Source: Camelus dromedarius (lineage: Eukaryota). From it: a stretch of DNA of 64,000 nt. Both the position numbers and the translations under genes were made by a program. The notes under the pieces were generated by a model. The model was not told the DNA's origin. It ran no database searches and saw only the letters and a list, made by a program, of their open reading frames with translations. The stretch spans positions 39,186,001-39,250,000 of the forward strand of contig NC_087447.1 of the NCBI RefSeq assembly GCF_036321535.1, given 5' to 3'. Every line of letters begins with the position of its first letter. The stretch's first letter is position 1. Shown here piece after piece: positions 58,001 to 64,000 of the stretch.

Positions 58001-61000
58001 ATGTGTATGCATATGACCACTATGCCTGAGCCTTTGTTTCTGCCAAACTCCAAATACCCACCGTGTCCTTCCACCTCACTCTGGCCTTTACCTTTGCTAG
58101 GAATGTCCAGGCTTCTGCTCAGCCAGTCTGTAAGGTGCTGACCAAAGCACCACTCTTCAACACCTTTCTATATCCCCCTGACCCCAGCTGCCCAATGAGA
58201 TGGAATTCCTTCTCAGCAGGCCGTGGGGCTGACTTCTCCCAGGGCCCTCTTCTTAATCTCCCTTGAATAACCATCAGTTTTAGACTTGTTTTATCCTTCC
58301 CACTCTCAGTTCATGAGCTCCTCAGAAATAGGGGTGCCTTGGGTTTCTTCCCAAATTTTTATTCTACATTGTAAAGACTCAGTCAACACTTGCTGGATTA
58401 AGTTGAAATGCAAAGTCTAGAGCCTGGGTCTACATAACAATCAACAGAGGCTGAAACAACAACAGATCGGCAGGACAGAGGAAGCCTTCCCCATCACCAC
58501 AAAGGCAACACAGATTTCAGGTTAAAAAGAGGACAGGGGACCAAGTCAGTGATGTTTGTTTCCCAGTTTCATTCTAGCCATTTACTGCTGGCCAAGAAAA
58601 GGCCAAATCCTTTTGGCAAGTTCACAGCCTGCTTGCACTGCTAAAAGGACTTCTAACAGGCTTGCTTATCTTAGGAAGACATATTTTTTCCCTCAAAAAT
58701 CCTATTTACTGTTTCTTGTTTTAGGCTTTAAAACAACCTTAAGACGAGATCATTGTTTATTTTATTTTGTTATGGTTTTAAACAAAGCACCAACAATACG
58801 GGGTGACAAAATTCCTCAATTTGAGCAGGTAGATGATTCCTTAAAAGAATGTACCGAGCTCACATCCACGCTTCAGAACAAACAAGCCACGTATTACTTG
58901 TAAACGCACAGCCTTTCACGGATACCTAATTTCACATTACTGTTGCCCTGTTTTTTCATTCATGGAAACACAACAAAGACTTTCCTAGCATTTAAAGTAA
59001 AATTTTAATATATCCTCATGATGTTCTTCTTGGGGAAAAAAAAATTCTGATTCTCTATCTTATCTTGGGCCGTTGCCATTAGCTGGATAAATGCCAACCT
59101 AATGAAATGATTCTGTTAACACACAAAGATGGCTTAATGCAGCGTTAGCAGAAAGAGCAAAAACTAGAAATAATCTAAATGCCCAATAACAAGCTCACAG
59201 CTTACTGAAGACATTCCCCTGCTAGAATGTTATGCAGCCATCTTAAATAAGCATGTTGAAAACTAGGGAGCCACGTGGGATAAGGCTGAGGATAGCATCT
59301 TAAGAGTAAAGGGGATGTAGTGTGTCGGGATACATGTTTGTGCCACTAAGGTTGCCCCAGCTGGGCAGATTGGGCCCAGGGTTTGAAGCAGGAAAACTAG
59401 AAGAAAGCTAAGTAAACAGGGCCAGAGGGGAAGGTGGTAGGAAAAGGAGAACCCTGGGCATGGGGCAGGGGCCAGGGCCCCGCTTAGGAGTACAGAATGG
59501 GAGCTGGGAAAGGTGCCCCAAACCCAAGGTCATTTCAGGAATTTCATCCCAAAGCAGGCAAGGGGAATGGGAAGAGAACCCTTTCATTGCAGAATGAATC
59601 ACTCCCTGGGTGAGAGAACAATTCTAAGACCCCTAAGACCCTCAATGTCAAGCCTTGTCCTTTCCACAGTGTAGCCACTGGGCTCCCACTGGAAGGCTCA
59701 GTCCTTCCCAAGCCTCTGAGGCTAATCCTGCCCCAAGGCAGGAGGGATTTAAGGGGCTCTAGCCCAGAAGCCAGGGATTTAGCTTGTTTGCTGATAGTCT
59801 GGCAGATAAAGAAAGTGAGCCCCCAAGAGAACAAGTATCTTAGCCAAGGCCACACAAAGAGTTATGGGCTAAGCTGACGCTTGAATGTGAGTCTGCCCGC
59901 CTCTGAGCTTAAAGCTCTTCCATACAGCAACCTGATGCCAGACTGACTGACGACCAGAGTGCACGAAGCAGTGGCTTGTGAACAGGTGAGCCCAACCAGA
60001 GCAGAGCAGGAAGATCCTAGGGACCCTAGGACACCAACAGTTGCTCCCAAAGAGAAAAAGCCCCCTCCTGCACCCCAGGCCATGCCTCTAACTCCTCAGC
60101 CCCCATAAGTGAAGCTCTGCTGCCCTGTGGGTATTGATGCTGGTACCTAAGGGCATGACTCCGCCTCCGCTGTGCCACCTGTGGGTCCTGCAAGACAACT
60201 CCACCTCCAGACAAGAGAAAAATGACTCCAGAGCTCCTCCCCACATCTCCTGTCCCCCCTGATTCCTACCCCTACTATCAGAATCCCCAGCCTGGATACC
60301 TCCTGTCAATATAAGTGGCCAAACCCACTGCCTGGTTTTTGAGGTCCTCCCTCACAAGGCCCCAACCACCCGACTAACCAGATCTCCCAAGGCACTCATC
60401 CCCCTCCCCAGATTGGCCAGGGGCTGCCCCCTCGTTCCTCATTCCATCTCCAGAAGCCATGTTCTCCTCCCCCACTTCAAATCCCCTAAGAGCCAGCTCA
60501 AGCTTTCTCTTCTTTTCCCAGGTCTCCTCTGAATACACTGGCATTGCTCACACTGTCACCACTGAATGACCCCAGTCCTTTGGGGCCTGAGCAGCCAAAG
60601 TGCCAGGCATTCACATGTGGAACAAGCAGGCCACCCAGACACCATCATTCAAAGGACTATGCACAGGAGGCCCTCTTCTCCCCAAAATCTGCCTTCAGTA
60701 TCCCATTAGAAATTCCATCTTTTAAGTGGCTGTCAAACTTCCCCTTGACCCCCAGGAGAGGGGTGCAAACATTAGGCAGTGATGCTGGAGCCAGGACTGT
60801 GGGAAAGGGTCCTGATGGATTCATAAGCTCCCCACATGCCTCGGCTGTCTGCAGTGAGCACTTCCTGGACTCCTACTATGTGCCAACTGGTGGGCCCAGG
60901 GCATGAAGAAACAAATCCAAACATGCCAGTCTTTGCCCTGGAGGAATTCAAACTGAAACTGGGAAAAGAGTGAGATAAGCCTTACTAAAAGCATTGGGAT

Positions 61001-61227
61001 AAATACCACCCAGAGAGAGAGGGCACAGAGGGAAGAGCAGCAAGGAAGAGAGGTAGCCGTGATTTAATTCAACCGAGAGGGGGCTGGGGAAGGGCTCAGA
61101 GAAAGTCAAACGTGAGCTGGTCCCTGAGGGCTAATCAACAACAGTAAAAATAAGTGCAGCCAGCATGCACTGGGTGCCGACTGTATGCTGAGCACTGTAC
61201 CAAACACTTCACTTGCTCTATTGCAGA

Positions 61228-61990
61228 CTCACTCACTCGTTTATTATGGATCCCTGCTACCTGTCAGGCACTGTTTTAGGCACTCTGGATAAAGCAGTGG
61301 ACAAAATAATCACTAGTCTCTGCCCCCAGAACTTAGGTTCTATTGAAAAAAAGATAGACAACAAACCAAATAAATAAGTAAAATATATCATATGTTAGAC
61401 GGTGATAAGTGCTAAGAGGAAAACTAAAGCAAAAAAAGGGAAATATGGGACATAGGGGTGGAGCAGTGGGCTGTGGTACAACTTTAAGCAGAGTGACTTT
61501 GGAGGAAAGACCTGAAGAAGGTACATGAACAAGCCATATGGCCATCTGGGGGAAGAGCATTCGAGGCCGAAGGGCAGGCAGTAGAAAGAGGTTTGGCAGG
61601 AAACATGCCTGGTGTGTCTGAAGAAGAGCAAGCTGGAGCGGAATGAGAGAGGAGCAGGGAGGGTCAGTGAATACAGCTGTACAAGTTGTGCACTGTACAA
61701 CTCAGGAGGGCGCCATTTACATGCACCACAGGGCACTATGCAGAATCCAGTCTGCTCAAATCCACACCAGGCCCCAGGGTGGGAGATGAGGCCAGAGAAG
61801 TACCAGGAAGACCTGTGGGCCAGGCTAGGGCTTTTCCTCTGAGTGAGACAGGAAGTCACGGTCAAGAGGGTTCAGAGCCAAAGGCATGACCTGATCTGAC
61901 CCTATCTTCACGGGATCACTGGGCAGACAGCACACAGTAATGAGTCAGGGTGGGAAGCAGAAGACTTCTTCGGAGGCTACTGAAATAATC
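61228..61990 (-). mobile_element. LINE-2 3' fragment with a MER91-like insert at about 61660-61775
   Basis: ctacctgtcaggcactgttttaggcact...gccatctgggggaagagcatt; insert agttgtgcactgtacaactcaggagggcgccattt. Confidence 0.65.
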
Positions 61991-64000
61991 ATGCTCAAAT
62001 ATGTATCGTATTATCCTTCCAATCCCATGAGGTTGGTTTAATGATCACTCTTTCATAGATAGGGATTAGGCTCAAGAGAGATTTGGTAACTGCTTGGCAG
62101 TGGCGGAACTGCTGAGATTGGGTCGCAGGGGATGAGAACATTCCAGGTGGGGTGAACAGCGTCACCCATGGAACAGGAGCTTGGAAGGCCTGGCACACTC
62201 GGGGAAGGACAGGCTCGTGGTCCAGGGGCGCTGGAGGCTGGGCTTGCACACTGGGGGCCACGGCATCCATTGAAGGCCCATCTGTGGCCTGCCCACTCTT
62301 ACGTGGGTGCCCACCAGCAGTGTCCTAGGCAAAACTGCTCCCTGGACCAGCACCACTGCCTCCTAACCCATCTCCCTGCCATGCTTGTCGGCCCCACCTC
62401 AGTCCACAGGCAGCCAGAACAATTCTTAAAAAAATTTAAATCAGATATTATTTTCTTGCTCTTAATGCACTGGTATAATCCCATCATGCCTGGTGACCAG
62501 CAGACCCTTAACTGACGTCGAGTGAATAGATGACTCCCTCTTCCCTACAGCCTCATCCAGGGGGAAGGACCGCTTCTTCCATGCCTCCTCAGCAGGAGGG
62601 GAGTCTGCCTGACAGCCAGGTGCGGCCAGTCAGATGAAGGCCAGGCCACCATATTAATCTGTCAAAATTCACGAGGAGAGAGGTGAGCCATTTGGACCAC
62701 CCTCGGGGCAACTTTCGGGTTAAGGTTTTTAAAATAAAATCACTTACTCCAGAGGGACACACTTGACCAAGTAAAATGAGGTCTGCAGATATGCTTGGGC
62801 TGGGAAGACTGTCACAGACACCTCGTCCCACAGCTCTGGACAGCTCTCTGAGTGGGGTCGATGCATAAGAGCCGCTTAGGGCAGACAGAGCTGCAGGCAG
62901 GCAATGAAAGGCTTTCCTCACGGAGTCTGTGAATTTAAGGGGTGGAGCCAATGACTGTATTCTTTTCTGGAGGCTGAATACAGTGGAGCCTAATATTTTC
63001 TCAGAAGCTGGGGGCAACTATGAAACTAGAGCTGAAACAAAGTATTACAGATGTGAATCAGTGACTATTTGGAACAAAAGGATATACTTCCTAAGGATCA
63101 CTACCACTCCCAGGGCTTAAATCCAGGCTCTCTGAGGGCCAACTCATTCCAAAGCCTTTTGTAATAAGAAGCTGCATAAACACACATACATACACACGCA
63201 TGTATGCAGGTATATTTTTAAAGGAATGGCAACAACATCAAAAGAATGAGAATAATAACAAACTCTCCCCCCCACCCCCACCAAGAAAACTGAATTTAGT
63301 AACAAAGACCTTCCCTAGTAGGCCCAGGTAGGAGTGTTAACTGATCACTGCATGAATGACTTGTTCTCTGGTTAAACAGCACAGTATGCGAGTGGGAGAG
63401 GAGTCAGGGGAGCTCTGGAAGCCAAGTAAGTCCCCAGACCCTTTCAGGAGGCAGGTAACTTCAGGTTTTCTGTGCTGTACCACACTGGTACGAGGCAAGT
63501 TTCAAAGGCTCTGCTCTTTGAGCAGGAAGATGGGAGGAGAAGGGTCAGCACAGCACAGACATAACGTCTGTAGAGGAAGGGGGTTGAATCTCCGTGGGGA
63601 TGAGGGCCCTGTTTGTCCTGGATTTCAGAGCAAGGGGACGCCAAGAGCAGGGCAAATGGCCAAGTCCCAGTCTGACAGAGAAGTACAACATAATAGAAGA
63701 ATCAACAAGGATGTTCAGGAAAATTGCTTTTATGTGCCCAACTCCAAGCTTTTCTGGGTAGTCAAAAGCCAAGCAGATAAGAGAGGCGGAAAGATCCTGG
63801 GACAGTCAGTCATCCAGAGTTTCAGAAAGGACAACAGCACAGTGAACTGTCCTAAATATGTCCAGAGATCAGACTTGGCCATGAGGAAAAGGACTGGGAG
63901 TGGCTGGTGATGGGGAGGCAGGGGGTAGTTAATTAAAAGTAGTTTCCTGAAGGTAACAGCCCAGTGGACAACTGGAGGGACACTGAGAGGCTGATCCTCA

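Larger units (their letters stand above)
1..64000 (-). other. BMAL1: BMAL1/ARNTL gene body, partial (5' intron(s), a 5'UTR exon and coding exons for aa 1-223); probably spans the whole window
   Basis: Seven GT-AG exons (140+39+42+158+80+93+118 = 670 nt = 223 codons + 1) splice into MADQRMDISSTISDFMSPGATDLLSSPLG...[21 protein letters not shown]...PRERLIDAK, the mammalian BMAL1 N-terminal/bHLH/PAS-A sequence. Extension to 64000 is inferred from the absence of a CpG-island first exon. Confidence 0.9.

Noticed and set aside
63356..63910. 184-aa + strand ORF near the window end
   Set aside because: No recognisable domain or supporting exon structure.
57000..64000. BMAL1 promoter/first exon
   Set aside because: No CpG island or paired promoter ROREs seen; the promoter probably lies beyond the window.
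1..64000. CRISPR array, operon, or other prokaryotic/viral system
   Set aside because: No regularly spaced direct repeats, long intact ORFs or compositional island; the sequence is explained as mammalian exons, introns and interspersed repeats.

Overview
Mammalian genomic DNA, most likely camelid: it carries two tRNA-Ala-derived SINEs of the Vic-1 type, each with a 13-bp target-site duplication. The window holds the 5' half of the core circadian clock gene BMAL1 (ARNTL) on the minus strand. Seven coding exons with GT-AG borders splice in frame to give residues 1-223 (N-terminus/NLS, bHLH, start of PAS-A). One 5'UTR exon lies at 17753-17881. The rest of the CDS lies left of position 1, and I see no CpG-island promoter or first exon, so these presumably lie right of 64000. 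About 46 kb is 5'UTR intron filled with old MIR, L2, L1, MLT/LTR and hAT-type MER repeats. The most interesting signals are in two places. (i) A 2.7-kb N-terminal isoform hub that the ORF track misses: an intact 21-nt micro-exon (LDGFSFE), an alternative-start/poison exon (MSNM-ESMD) and a decayed intronic N-terminus, plus a uORF in the 5'UTR exon. (ii) Candidate circadian cis-elements in the 5' intron: a CACGTG cluster, consensus ROREs including an ERRE+RORE pair, and a paired D-box. I found no evidence of a wholly new gene or of a prokaryotic-type system. Comparisons to human/mouse isoforms and repeat families are from memory, not from a search, and repeat boundaries are approximate.
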